A DNA stretch of 64,000 nt from Endomicrobiales bacterium (GCA_963796955.1 CAWCNJ010000004.1:192001-256000), one strand, 5' to 3'. Counted from the first letter of the stretch, positions 48,653-58,647 are shown. Notes: generated by a model from the sequence alone, not told the origin. Numbers and translations: made by a program.

Positions 48653-49282
48653 TTAACGGGCAGAGTTATTGTTCTCGGTGATCTCGTGGTCCAGCTCCAT
48701 GTTCCAGTACATTGTATCAACAAAGCGTTGCCAGGAGGTTTTCATCTTGGCAGGTGAGCTGAACACCAGGGACATTGGGCCGCGCCAGGCGGGTTTGGAA
48801 GGTTTTACCAGCAGCTTCATATTCGCTTCTTCGGGAAGGCAGCTGCCTTTTTTCAGGTTGCAGGGAATGCAGGAGGTAACGATATTTTCCCAGTTGGTCT
48901 TGCCGCCGCGGCTTCTAGGCAGTATGTGGTCCAGGTTAAGTTCCACGCTGCCGAGTTTTTTGCCGCAATAGCAGCAGCGGTAATGATAATGCTCATATAT
49001 GTTGCGGCGGGTAAATTTCACTTCGCTGGAGGGAAGACGGTCGTAGCAGCGCAGGGCGATGACGTCCGGTATCGCTATTTTCAGGGCCGGCGTATGCACA
49101 AAGCCGGAGGGATTTGTTTCGATGATCTTTGAAAGTTCCCGCCAGTCCTCAAAAGAATAGCAGCGATAATCTTCATCCACCACGTGAGCGTGATCCAGAT
49201 AAACCAGCGACAGCGCCCGCTGCCAGGATATTACCTGAATGGCATAAAAACTTCGATTAAGTACCAGTACGTCGCTGCCCAT
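48653..49282 (-). CDS. HNH endonuclease
   Basis: VLVLN, FTRRNIY..CCYCG..LNLDHILPRSRGG..WENIVTSC..CN..K. Confidence 0.9.
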   Translation of the reverse strand: MGSDVLVLNRSFYAIQVISWQRALSLVYLDHAHVVDEDYRCYSFEDWRELSKIIETNPSGFVHTPALKIAIPDVIALRCYDRLPSSEVKFTRRNIYEHYHYRCCYCGKKLGSVELNLDHILPRSRGGKTNWENIVTSCIPCNLKKGSCLPEEANMKLLVKPSKPAWRGPMSLVFSSPAKMKTSWQRFVDTMYWNMELDHEITENNNSAR

Positions 49283-49291
49283 AATAAAGTA

Positions 49292-49332
49292 ATTATATCC
49301 GTTTGTGCTTTTATTGTCAAATATGGTAGAAT
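49292..49332. promoter_or_regulatory. Overlapping divergent promoters of the HNH gene and feoB
   Basis: Minus: TTGACA(49320-49315)-17-TATAAT(49297-49292). Plus: TG-G-TAGAAT at 49324-49332. Confidence 0.6.
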
Positions 49333-49344
49333 TTTGTAGCGATT

Positions 49345-51273
49345 ATGGAAAATAAGAATGTTGAAAAACTAATACTGGTCGGGAACGCGAACGTAGGCAA
49401 ATCGGTGATCTTTAACCGGCTTACCGGCAGCTACGCCGTTGTTTCAAATTATCCGGGGACCACGGTTGATATCAGCCGCGGCAGCGCGACCGTTAACGGG
49501 AAGACCTTTGAGGTCATTGATACTCCCGGCACCGCTTCCCTTCTGCCGGATTCCGAAGATGAGCAGGTAACCCGGGATATACTGTTCAATGAAACTGATT
49601 ATGCAGTTGTGCAGGTTGCTGACGCCAAGAACCTGAACCGTTCATTGCTCTTAACACTGGAGCTTGCCGAGCTGAAAGTTCCCATGGTGCTGGTGCTAAA
49701 CATGAGTGACGAGGCCAGGGAACGCGGTATAAAAATTAACCGTGAAAGGCTGGAAAAACTGCTCGGCATACCGGTGCTGGAAACGGTAGGGGTTACCGGT
49801 GAAGGTGTTGCGGAATTTAAAAAGCGCCTGGCACAGGCCGCCGTTGCGGCAGTAAAAGTTGATTACGCGCCTGAATTAGATCGGCTCATTAAAGCGGTTA
49901 TAGAGGCTGCTGGAAATGTGACCGCGGCGCGCTTGCTTGCAATGATGTTGCTGTCGGGCGATGAAAGTTCTTACCGCTTTGTGCCGGGGCAGGTATATCA
50001 GCAAACGCGGGAGACGGTGAGCCGGCTTCTGGGCACCTTTGCCGCCGATCCCAAATTCCTGTTCTTTGATCACCGTAACGGTGCTGCCAGCGAGATCGCG
50101 GCGCAGGTGTTAACTATAGAATCTGTCTCCGGCCGGGGTGTCTGGGCCTGGCTTGGGCAGGTAAGTCTTCTTCCGGTGCCCGGTTTCATTATAGCCGCTC
50201 TCGTGCTTGTGTTAATGTATGAGTTCGTGGGCGTATTCGGCGCCGGCTATCTGGTAGATCTGCTGGAACGAAAATTTTTCGGCGAATTAATGAACCCCTG
50301 GCTTATTACCTTTGTTAATAACACCGTGCCATGGGCGCATGTCAGGGACTTTCTTATAGGCCGTTTCGGCCTTATAACTATGGCGGTAACCTACGCGCTA
50401 GCGATGTTATGCCGATAGTCGCGACCTTCTTTTTCATGTTCGGCCTGTTTGAAGATTCCGGATATCTGCCGCGCCTCTCGGCGATAATGGACCGCTTTAT
50501 GCGCTTGATGGGACTGAACGGCAAAGCGGTGCTGCCCATGATACTGGGTCTCGGCTGCGGCACTATGGCCACGCTCTCTTCCCGCGTGCTTGAGACGAAA
50601 AAAGAACGTTTGCTGGTGATCCTGCTGCTGGCTCTGGGGGTCCCCTGTTCGGCGCAGCTGGGCGTAACGCTCGGTATACTTTCCGGAATGTCGGCCTCGG
50701 CAGCTCTGATATGGGTTATCTGCACGCTCGGCTCCATGATGGTGGTCGGGGTTGTCGCTAACCGTATATTGCCCGGCTCACGTTCCTGCTTTATTATAGA
50801 AATACCGCCGCTGCGGCGTCCTTTGATCGGGTAATGTGCTGGTAAAAATAAAGATGCGCATGCTCTGGTATCTGCAGGAGGCGAGTGCCCCTGTTGATCC
50901 TGGGCGACAGCGATCTCTTTACTGGATTCCTTTGGAACGCTGCAGATAATAGAGCGGCATTCCACGCCGCTTATTACCGGTGTGCTCGGCCTGCCCCCTG
51001 AAACCACCGGCAGCTTTATAATGGGTTTTCTCAGGCGGGACTACGGCTCGGGCGGGGCTTTACATGATGGCAAAACAGGGTTTACTTACCAACCGCCAGA
51101 TGCTGGTAAGCATAACGGTGATAACGCTTTTTGTGCCCTGCGTGGCCCAGTTCTTCATGATGATAAAAGAACGCGGATGGAAAACAGCGGCTTTGATACT
51201 GCTGTTCGTTACAGCGTATGCCTTCTCGTTCGGCGGAGTTTTGAATATGGTGCTTGCGGCGATAAAATTCTAA
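49345..51273 (+). CDS. feoB: Ferrous iron transporter FeoB, with several frameshifts (~50405, ~50830-50920, ~51050)
   Basis: GNANVGKS, NYPGTTV, DTPG, NMSD GTPase motifs; later frames EDSGYLPR, GLGC, PCSAQL, GFLRRDYG, LFVPCVA. Confidence 0.88.
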
Positions 51274-51278
51274 AAGGG

Positions 51279-51304
51279 TCCGCCTGCGCCAAGGCTTCGG
51301 CGGA
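51279..51304. repeat. Short REP-like hairpin
   Basis: TCCGCC-TGC-GCC-AA-GGC-TTC-GGCGGA between feoB and the DtxR gene. Confidence 0.45.
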
Positions 51305-51338
51305 TTTCGCCTAATGATAAAACCAAGGGGAGTTCAAG

Positions 51339-51995
51339 ATGGATTTAATGAAAATGCATGATACCGAGGAAGCGCTGGGGGTTGTCTGGCGCAAACGCGA
51401 GCTTGGGGAACGCGGCGTTGAGACGATCCGAAAAGTTATAGAGGAAGGCGTTTGCGGCGATGTGTATGATTCCCTGCGGGAACGCGGGTATCTGACGGAA
51501 GCGGACGGCCTTATAACCCTGACCGAATCCGGAGAGACGCTCGCGCGCAGTATAACCCGCCGCCACCGCCTGGCGGAGCGGCTGCTGACGGACGTGCTTG
51601 AAATACATACCGAGGAAATAGATAAGAACGCCTGCCAGTTCGAACACGTGCTTTCCAGCGATGTTGCCGATGCAATCTGCACGCTGCTTGGACATCCGCG
51701 CATGTGTCCGCATGGAACGCCCATACCTCTTGGCCCCTGCTGTGAGAAATCTCAGTCGATAATTGAATCCATCGTATCGCCTCTGTCTGCGTTCCCGGTA
51801 GGCCAGACCGGCCATGTAGCCTACATCGTTACGTCTAACCATCCGTATCTGCACAAAGTGCTTGCCATGGGTGTTGTGCCCGGGGCGGAGATATCCCTGC
51901 ATCAGAGAATACCGTCATACGTTATCCGCGTGGGCGAAACTCAGATAGCTCTAGACAAGGAAGTGGCAGGCCAGATATACGTGCGCCGCCGCTAA
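51339..51995 (+). CDS. DtxR/MntR-family metal-dependent repressor with FeoA domain
   Basis: LTESG..RRHRLAERLL..ACQFEH..CPHGTPIP; C-terminal LAMGVVPG FeoA. Confidence 0.9.
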   Translation: MDLMKMHDTEEALGVVWRKRELGERGVETIRKVIEEGVCGDVYDSLRERGYLTEADGLITLTESGETLARSITRRHRLAERLLTDVLEIHTEEIDKNACQFEHVLSSDVADAICTLLGHPRMCPHGTPIPLGPCCEKSQSIIESIVSPLSAFPVGQTGHVAYIVTSNHPYLHKVLAMGVVPGAEISLHQRIPSYVIRVGETQIALDKEVAGQIYVRRR

Positions 51996-52002
51996 ATACA
52001 TT

Positions 52003-52482
52003 ATGACCGACAGAATCAATAGTGATGCCGTAAGGGCCGCCTGGGAAGATGTTGCGCAGCTGACACCGTTGCAGCTGGAAGTCGAATTCGGCCTTTTTGA
52101 GACGGCCCAGCCCCAGATCGCGCAGGCCATCGACGAGATATGCCGACAGCTGGAGATCGAACAGGACGAACAGATAAGCGCCGCCGCGATCGCTGTCTGG
52201 AAGGTGTTCCCTCTGCATATGCCGGTTATAGAAAAAATCGAGTTTATGAAGGTTTTTGAAGAGATAGAGCACAAATACAAGGGGCTTGCAGCGATAGAGC
52301 CACAACGAAGGGATAAAATACTTGAGCTGACCGTGCCGTATGAACGCCAGCCGGCGGTCTTCGGTTTTATTCTCGGCATTGTCCATGAGCTTATCATGGC
52401 GAAAGCTGATCCAAGGAAAATAGCTTTTCTGATAGTTCTGCTGGACGCCGAAGCAACGGTTTTCGATCAGGCAGCCGGTTGA
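52003..52482 (+). CDS. Hypothetical protein
   Basis: 159-aa ORF tightly packed between co-oriented genes. Confidence 0.6.
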   Translation: MTDRINSDAVRAAWEDVAQLTPLQLEVEFGLFETAQPQIAQAIDEICRQLEIEQDEQISAAAIAVWKVFPLHMPVIEKIEFMKVFEEIEHKYKGLAAIEPQRRDKILELTVPYERQPAVFGFILGIVHELIMAKADPRKIAFLIVLLDAEATVFDQAAG

Positions 52483-52743
52483 ATGTGGTACCTATATATA
52501 GTCGAATGTTCCAATGGATCGCTTTACACAGGTATAACAACCGACGTTAAACGCCGGTTCAAAGAACATGCACTCGGAAAGGGTGCCCGCTATACCCGGG
52601 CCTTCGGCGCTGAACGAGTAGTACATACCGAACTTTTCCGAACAAGGCCGACTGCCTCGCGCCGCGAGGCTGCCGTGAAAAAATTGACCAGGAAAGAAAA
52701 ACAATCGCTTATCAAGAAAAAGAAAATAAGGCGGGGATCATGA
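52483..52743 (+). CDS. GIY-YIG nuclease (YhbQ/UPF0213-like)
   Basis: WYLYIVEC..SLYTGITTD..RRF..H..GKGARYTR..REAAVKK. Confidence 0.9.
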   Translation: MWYLYIVECSNGSLYTGITTDVKRRFKEHALGKGARYTRAFGAERVVHTELFRTRPTASRREAAVKKLTRKEKQSLIKKKKIRRGS

Positions 52744-54629
52744 ATATAACAAAGTACGCAGTGGTTTTGTTTTGTTGTACGGTTTGTTCTTCAATCGTCT
52801 ATGCACAACCTAAAAACGTCGCGGTGGTTCCTGAAGTTATCCTTTCAACGGCGCCAGCCGCCCCTGAGCCACAGGTAACGGTCACCAAGGATTCCTTGTT
52901 CATCATCCATCCCGGCGCAGATGCCCACATCGGCGCGGTCCCTTCCACTTTTGTGTGCGGCCATGCCGATCCCCGGGGCATGCTCACGATAAACGGCCAA
53001 CCCGTCAAAGTGGAACCTTACGGCGGATTCATGGCGATGGTACCCTTAAAACCGGGAAGCTTCACCATAAAAGCCGACCTCGTTTTTCCGACAACATCGT
53101 GCAGCTTTACCAGGCATGTTGATGTTGAGGGTCCGTATGAGCCGTTGCCCGCTAAGCCGCTTGCCATCGGCCGCGTCTGGCCGGATGCCCAGCTGGAAGT
53201 GCTGGCCGGCGATGAGATCTCCGTCGGATGCACCGCAAGCCCGGGTATGAAGGCATATATCACCATGAGCGGCGCCACGCGCAAGATCCCTCTGGTAGAA
53301 TCGGGCGATGGCGTCTACCACGGAACGCTCGTAGTACTTCCGTCGGACAATTTCAAGAAAGCAAAGATCAAAGCAACCGTTTCCACAAAAAAAGGTCAAT
53401 CAAAATCTAAAACCTCCGAAGGCTCGTTAACCTCATTTGCGATGCAGGTACCGTATATGGTCACGGTCTCCAGCCCCAATGTCGCTTTAAGGGCCGGCCC
53501 ATTGCTGTCTATGGAAGACAAGGCCGGCTATGTGCTTTATCCGCCCGTCGGCACGCTGCTGCGGGTGACCGGGCGGCGCGGCAGTGAATACCGCGTTCGT
53601 CTCAGCAAAAGCCGCGATGTCTGGGTGAGCCTTGCCGAAGTAACAGCGCTGCCGGCCGGCACGCCAATTCCGCATGTTACTGCCGGCGTGGTCACGGTTA
53701 CCGGCGACGACCGTTCCGCCAATGTGCGGGTATTCCTGGGCGCAAAATTGCCGTTCGAAGTTATCCCTGACGTGAACGGTAATTATATGGACGTTAATAT
53801 TTTTGGCGCATATTCCAACACCGACTGGATCCATTACCCGTCCAGCGGCACGGTCATTGAGCAGTTGAAATGGTATCAGGATGATGACGACACGTACCGC
53901 CTGCGCATTCAGACAAAACCCGGCAAATGCTGGGGCTACGATGCCAGATACGAAGGAGGCTCCTTTGTGCTGGAAGTGCGGGCCGCTCCGAAAATGGATG
54001 AGGCGAACGATGCCGCTCCTCTTGCGGGGCTGAGGATCGCCGTTGATGCCGGCCATTGCCCCGACACGGGCGCTATTGGCTGCACGCGCGTAGTTGAGCG
54101 CGATGTGAACATCCTTATTGCCAAAGATCTTGCCCAAATGCTGAGAGATAAAGGGGCAACGGTGATCATGACCCGCGAATCCAATGAATGTGTTGCCCTC
54201 TACGATCGCCCCAAGATCGCCTGGCAAAACCACGCAGACATCCTGATAAGCTGTCACAATAACGCGCTTGCCGACGGCGGAAACCCGCTGGTAAACAACG
54301 GGTACGGTGTTTACTACGCCAACCCCTGGAGCTTCGCTCTGGCAAAAGAGATCCACGCCGCTTACGATGACGTGATCGGCGCGAAAAGCACCTTAACGCC
54401 TCCACTTGGCGATGACGGCCTTCATTACGGCAATCTTGCCCTGCCCAGGACCCCGGAAATGGTCTCGGTGCTCACGGAATCCGCCTACATGATAGTACCG
54501 CATGAAGAATATTTGTTGACCACGGACGCCTTCCAAAAACAATGCGCCCAGGCCATGGCCACCGGCATAGAACGTTACATCAACAAACTGCGCCCGCAAA
54601 GAGTGCAGGTAAAGAGTAAGAAGCAATAA
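52740..54629 (+). CDS. N-acetylmuramoyl-L-alanine amidase (Amidase_3) with long N-terminal extension
   Basis: Signal peptide; IAVDAGH..E..N, MTR, ISCHNNA, SVLTESAY. Confidence 0.88.
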   Translation: MNITKYAVVLFCCTVCSSIVYAQPKNVAVVPEVILSTAPAAPEPQVTVTKDSLFIIHPGADAHIGAVPSTFVCGHADPRGMLTINGQPVKVEPYGGFMAMVPLKPGSFTIKADLVFPTTSCSFTRHVDVEGPYEPLPAKPLAIGRVWPDAQLEVLAGDEISVGCTASPGMKAYITMSGATRKIPLVESGDGVYHGTLVVLPSDNFKKAKIKATVSTKKGQSKSKTSEGSLTSFAMQVPYMVTVSSPNVALRAGPLLSMEDKAGYVLYPPVGTLLRVTGRRGSEYRVRLSKSRDVWVSLAEVTALPAGTPIPHVTAGVVTVTGDDRSANVRVFLGAKLPFEVIPDVNGNYMDVNIFGAYSNTDWIHYPSSGTVIEQLKWYQDDDDTYRLRIQTKPGKCWGYDARYEGGSFVLEVRAAPKMDEANDAAPLAGLRIAVDAGHCPDTGAIGCTRVVERDVNILIAKDLAQMLRDKGATVIMTRESNECVALYDRPKIAWQNHADILISCHNNALADGGNPLVNNGYGVYYANPWSFALAKEIHAAYDDVIGAKSTLTPPLGDDGLHYGNLALPRTPEMVSVLTESAYMIVPHEEYLLTTDAFQKQCAQAMATGIERYINKLRPQRVQVKSKKQ

Positions 54630-54638
54630 GGAGATCGC

Positions 54639-54809
54639 ATGTCCCAAAAAGGTATCATCATGACGTTTATGACCATTGGCTCCTTCATAGGCGGCTACGT
54701 CCCCTCAATGTTCGGAGCCGGCATCCTCTCCTTCTGGGGCATTTTTACCAGCGCTGCCGGCGGCATCCTCGGCATCTGGCTGGGCTACAAGATCTCCCGG
54801 GGAAGATGA
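54639..54809 (+). CDS. 56-aa Gly-rich membrane protein (not in the ORF track)
   Basis: AAGGAG RBS; MSQKGIIMTFMTIGSFIGGYVPSMFGAGILSFWGIFTSAAGGILGIWLGYKISRGR*. Confidence 0.7.
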   Translation: MSQKGIIMTFMTIGSFIGGYVPSMFGAGILSFWGIFTSAAGGILGIWLGYKISRGR

Positions 54810-54862
54810 CTATGTATCACTTGCACGGTATGTGTTAATATAGTATACTATGAACAGAATAT

Positions 54863-55153
54863 ATGATCATATCCTTTAAAGACAAGGCTACTGAAGATAT
54901 ATTTAATGGCAGCAATACAAAGGCGGCCAGGTCCATACCTCAGGCGATCTGGCCTGTTGTGTGCCGTAAATTGGATATGATCAATGCCGCTCACGATATA
55001 TGTGATTTGCGTGTGCCGCCAGGGAATATGCTTGAGCGCTTAAAGGGTAACCTTGCGGAGCATTACAGCATAAGAATAAATAATCAATATAGAGTGGTGT
55101 TTGTCTGGTCTCAGGGCAACGCAGGGGATGTATTGGTCACTGACTATCACTAA
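54863..55153 (+). CDS. higB: HigB (RelE/ParE-family) toxin
   Basis: MIISFKDKATE..RKLDMI..DLRVPPGNMLERLKG..YSIRINNQYRVVF; promoter TTGCAC-17-TATACT at 54821-54849. Confidence 0.9.
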   Translation: MIISFKDKATEDIFNGSNTKAARSIPQAIWPVVCRKLDMINAAHDICDLRVPPGNMLERLKGNLAEHYSIRINNQYRVVFVWSQGNAGDVLVTDYH

Positions 55154-55166
55154 AAAGGAGATTATA

Positions 55167-55439
55167 ATGTTACCCAAAAATAGAATGCCGTCACATCCTG
55201 GGGTGATATTGCTTCAGGAGTTCCTTATGCCGATGGGAATATCTCAAATGGAACTTGCCCGGAGAATGAAAGTACCTGTGCAAAGGGTGAATACGCTTAT
55301 AAACGGGCGCCGTGATATGTCCGCAGAAACAGCGGTTCTTCTTAGCCAAGTATTGAAAACGACCCCCGAGTTTTGGATGAACCTTCAGGTTGCCTGCGAC
55401 CTGTACGCAGCAGAAAAAGCGTTGTTGAAGGTTGCGTAG
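55167..55439 (+). CDS. higA: HigA antitoxin (HTH-XRE)
   Basis: HPGVILLQEFLMPMGISQ..LA..INGRR..TPEFWMNLQ..DL. Confidence 0.92.
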   Translation: MLPKNRMPSHPGVILLQEFLMPMGISQMELARRMKVPVQRVNTLINGRRDMSAETAVLLSQVLKTTPEFWMNLQVACDLYAAEKALLKVA

Positions 55440-55453
55440 GTTTGGAAAATTTC

Positions 55454-55655
55454 TTGACTTTTCTGGCGAGGATTTGTATAATCTAAACATAATGAGTTAT
55501 ACATTTACAAACATTATTAAACGTTCCCGCGTATGCATGGGTCTTGTATTGGCACACAAGACTGATGGAAGGGGTGCGTTTTAACTCATTAAGGTAGCAA
55601 AAACAACTTTTTGAATTTTAACCACCACCGCAAGGACAGGTGGTTTTTTTATTTT
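55454..55655 (+). promoter_or_regulatory. Promoter + 30-codon uORF + terminator (putative leader-peptide attenuator)
   Basis: TTGACT-17-TATAAT (55454-55482); uORF 55492-55584; ACCACC..GGTGGT hairpin with T-tract at ~55620-55655 just before AGGAGG. Confidence 0.55.
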
Positions 55656-55671
55656 CTAACAGGAGGGAATC

Positions 55672-56085
55672 ATGTGCAACCAGATCAAGTTTAATGCAGT
55701 TTCAGTGCCGTTCTTTACAGAGGTTTTTGAATCAATAACAAAAAATGGTGTTTATAAGGTTATGTTCGAGCATTGGCATAGCCCGCGGATTCGCCCGCAT
55801 ACATTAGAGGCATGCCGAAGCTTCTTTGAGGACGCCGGGTTCGGGACAAGTCATATAGCTGTTGAGCGCGAATCGCGATGTTGCACCGTTGATGAGGCAT
55901 TTGATATCTACCGATCCGATGAGTACCATGGAGCAACGATAAAAGAAGGTTTTGATATCGATGTCAGCGAAGAATTCATCCAAACATTCAACAAAGAGGT
56001 CAAAGAGGAATTCTCGCGAAGGGCGAAGGACGGTAAAGTGGTGCTGGATCTTAACAGGCTGTACTATATAGGAGAAAAAACATGA
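55672..56085 (+). CDS. Hypothetical protein resembling the C-terminal half of a class I methyltransferase
   Basis: AGGAGG RBS; ..FFEDAGF.. and terminal RLYYIGEK strand; no GxGxG SAM motif. Confidence 0.4.
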   Translation: MCNQIKFNAVSVPFFTEVFESITKNGVYKVMFEHWHSPRIRPHTLEACRSFFEDAGFGTSHIAVERESRCCTVDEAFDIYRSDEYHGATIKEGFDIDVSEEFIQTFNKEVKEEFSRRAKDGKVVLDLNRLYYIGEKT

Positions 56086-56271
56086 CGAATATATTTCAAA
56101 GGTTTCAAGAGTTCAGGTTCGCGTTAGAGAATTACAGGACATTCAGGACAATAAAGGCCGTTGTGGCGCAGTATCTGGAATACGAAAGGCTTAGCAGATA
56201 AACCGCAGGAGCTATTTGACTTACAGGCGGTATTAGAAGTAAAATCATCTACTGGAAATCGGAGGGAAACT

Positions 56272-56904
56272 ATGAAATACAGCACGTTACAAAAGCTTGG
56301 CGGCATCGCGCTTATCAAAGGCGCGGTATTATTGACGGTTTACGCCGTCGCCTTCATGACCTTGCTGCCTGCATCTGAAGCAAGGCACGACTTTACGCAG
56401 CTGGTACAAAACTCTAACTGGGTCTGGATAGCGCTGGTTGCGTTTGGCGGCGTTTTAGCTATGATATTCGGCTTCATCATGGTATATTCAAAGATATATG
56501 TTGAGGCCGGGATCACTGGTTTGATAGGTGTCATTTCTATAGTCTTTGCCTATATCCTGCAGGCCTGCAAAGTAACCTGGGAAATATTCCTTTACCCGGT
56601 GATCTGCGCCAGCCAGACATACGCCCCGCTGCTTAAGGACCTTGTTATCCAGCACAGTACCGGTGTGGTGATCTTCAGATACGCGGCAAGCCTTTCCATA
56701 CTTATAGGCATAGTGTTTTTTTGCATAGCGCTTATCCGGTCAACGGCATTCCCGAAAATAGCGGGTATCCTGATATTTACCGGTGCTCTCGTATACGGCA
56801 TCGGCCCGATGCTGAATGTATTTATCGCCATAGGCGGCATAGTAGTATTGTCTGTCGGCTGCTCTATAATAGGTCTTGATATGGTAAAGGCTCAGGAAGT
56901 TTAA
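56272..56904 (+). CDS. Integral membrane hypothetical protein (~6 TM)
   Basis: GGAGGG RBS before MKYSTL; multiple hydrophobic helices. Confidence 0.7.
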   Translation: MKYSTLQKLGGIALIKGAVLLTVYAVAFMTLLPASEARHDFTQLVQNSNWVWIALVAFGGVLAMIFGFIMVYSKIYVEAGITGLIGVISIVFAYILQACKVTWEIFLYPVICASQTYAPLLKDLVIQHSTGVVIFRYAASLSILIGIVFFCIALIRSTAFPKIAGILIFTGALVYGIGPMLNVFIAIGGIVVLSVGCSIIGLDMVKAQEV

Positions 56905-56912
56905 GGATAATA

Positions 56913-57881
56913 ATGGAAACAATCGTAACGTCCAAACTTACAAAAAAATATGGGTCACTAACGGCTGTTAACGGCATAGACCTAACCGTCAAAAAAGGCG
57001 AGATCTTTGGCTTGCTTGGGCCTAATGGCGCGGGTAAAACTACCACGCTTATGATGCTTTCTTCCCTGCTGAAACCTACCTCTGGAACGGCCTCTATCAA
57101 TGGTTTTGACGTTTTAACGCAGGCGCGGCGCGTGAGAGAATCTATCGGTATGGTTTTCCAGGATCCAAGCTCCGACCCTGTGCTTACGGCCTATGAAAAT
57201 CTGAAGCTGCACGCGCTCTTATATGATGTGCCGATGAAATTGATAGATTCAAAGATCGACGAAGTGTTGAAGCTGGTTGACCTGGAAAAGCGTAAGAAGG
57301 ATGTGGTAAAAACCTTCTCCGGCGGAATGCGCCGCCGTATGGAGATTGCCCGGGGGCTTTTGCATCAGCCGCATGTTTTCTTTCTTGACGAGCCAACGCT
57401 GGGCCTTGATCCGCAGACCAGGGACCATATCTGGCAGTACATAAAGGATCTCGCGCAAAAAATCGAGATGACCATAGTCCTTACGACCCATTACATGGAA
57501 GAGGCTGAAAAGCTTTGCCACAGGATAGCGATCATCGATCACGGCAATATTGTGGCGCTTGATACCCCGCAAAACCTTATCCGAGGCCTTGGCGGCGATA
57601 CCGTGCTTTTGCGCGGTCGGATCGATATTGAAAAACTCAGCAAGCTCCCCTTTGTTAAGGATACACGTGAGGCGGACGGCGGCTGCAGGTTGTCCGTCGA
57701 AAATTCAGGGAAGAACCTTCAGGCGCTGCTTGGAGTCGCCGGTATCGTTGAATTTGTGGAAGTGCATTCTCCCGACCTTAATGATGTTTTCCTGCATTAT
57801 ACCGGTCGTGCCATGCGTGAAGAAGAAGGCGATGCGACCGGCTTTTTACGTGATATGAACCGGGCACGGGGGAACAAATGA
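56913..57881 (+). CDS. DrrA-like ABC exporter ATP-binding protein
   Basis: GPNGAGKTT, FSGGMRRR, LDEPTLGLDPQ, TTHYMEEA, PDLNDVFLHYTG. Confidence 0.92.
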   Translation: METIVTSKLTKKYGSLTAVNGIDLTVKKGEIFGLLGPNGAGKTTTLMMLSSLLKPTSGTASINGFDVLTQARRVRESIGMVFQDPSSDPVLTAYENLKLHALLYDVPMKLIDSKIDEVLKLVDLEKRKKDVVKTFSGGMRRRMEIARGLLHQPHVFFLDEPTLGLDPQTRDHIWQYIKDLAQKIEMTIVLTTHYMEEAEKLCHRIAIIDHGNIVALDTPQNLIRGLGGDTVLLRGRIDIEKLSKLPFVKDTREADGGCRLSVENSGKNLQALLGVAGIVEFVEVHSPDLNDVFLHYTGRAMREEEGDATGFLRDMNRARGNK

Positions 57882-58633
57882 AGATCAAAACAGCCCTCAA
57901 AGGCATTTATGCCGTCTGGTATCGCGAGTTCAAGGTCTTTACCCGCGAAAAAAGCAGGGTCATATCGGCGTTGTTCCTGCCGCTTTTCTGGTATTTTATT
58001 TTCGGCGGCGGCGTAGGCACCATCAGCAACGTGCCGGGCAATTACCGTCATTTTATTTTCCCGGGCTTCCTTGCAATGACAATAATTTTCACTGCCCTCT
58101 TTAACGGCGCCTATATTGTGTGGGATAAAAAAATAGATTTCCTGAAAGAGGTGCTTATCGCGCCGCCTTCAAGGACCACTATCTTTATCGGCAAAATGAT
58201 AGGCGGCATGACGGACGCCCTTCTGCAATCCTACATACTGCTTTTCATAGGCCTGATACTCGGCGTGCCATTAACCGTTAAAAGCATTGTGCTGAGCATG
58301 GGCATGCTTTTTATACTGGCGATGGGCCTCGTTAGCCTTGGCCTAATAATCGGTTCTTTCCTCGAAAGCCTGGAGGGGTTCGGTCTAATTTCCAGCTTCG
58401 TCATCTACCCGCTCTTCCTGCTTTCCGGAGCGCTGTATCCGCTGGACAAGCTTCCGCCCTGGATGAAAATACTGACGCACCTGGACCCCGCCACATATGC
58501 AGTCGACGGCCTTCGGCAAATTATAATCGGCGTTTCATCAATGCCGCTCATTGTAGACATAACGGTAGTTCTTGGTTTCGATGCGCTGCTGATAGTTGTG
58601 GGTACCTGGGCATTCGGTAAGTTGAAGTTATAA
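57878..58633 (+). CDS. DrrB-like ABC-2 permease
   Basis: WYRE, FIFPG, FLKEVLIAP, LSGALYP, PATYAVDGLR. Confidence 0.9.
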   Translation: MKIKTALKGIYAVWYREFKVFTREKSRVISALFLPLFWYFIFGGGVGTISNVPGNYRHFIFPGFLAMTIIFTALFNGAYIVWDKKIDFLKEVLIAPPSRTTIFIGKMIGGMTDALLQSYILLFIGLILGVPLTVKSIVLSMGMLFILAMGLVSLGLIIGSFLESLEGFGLISSFVIYPLFLLSGALYPLDKLPPWMKILTHLDPATYAVDGLRQIIIGVSSMPLIVDITVVLGFDALLIVVGTWAFGKLKL

Positions 58634-58647
58634 AATGGGAGGATCGT

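Noticed and set aside
48653..52743. HNH and GIY-YIG genes as homing endonucleases or mobile elements
   Set aside because: Both are short stand-alone housekeeping-type families with no intron, intein, terminal repeats or target duplication visible.
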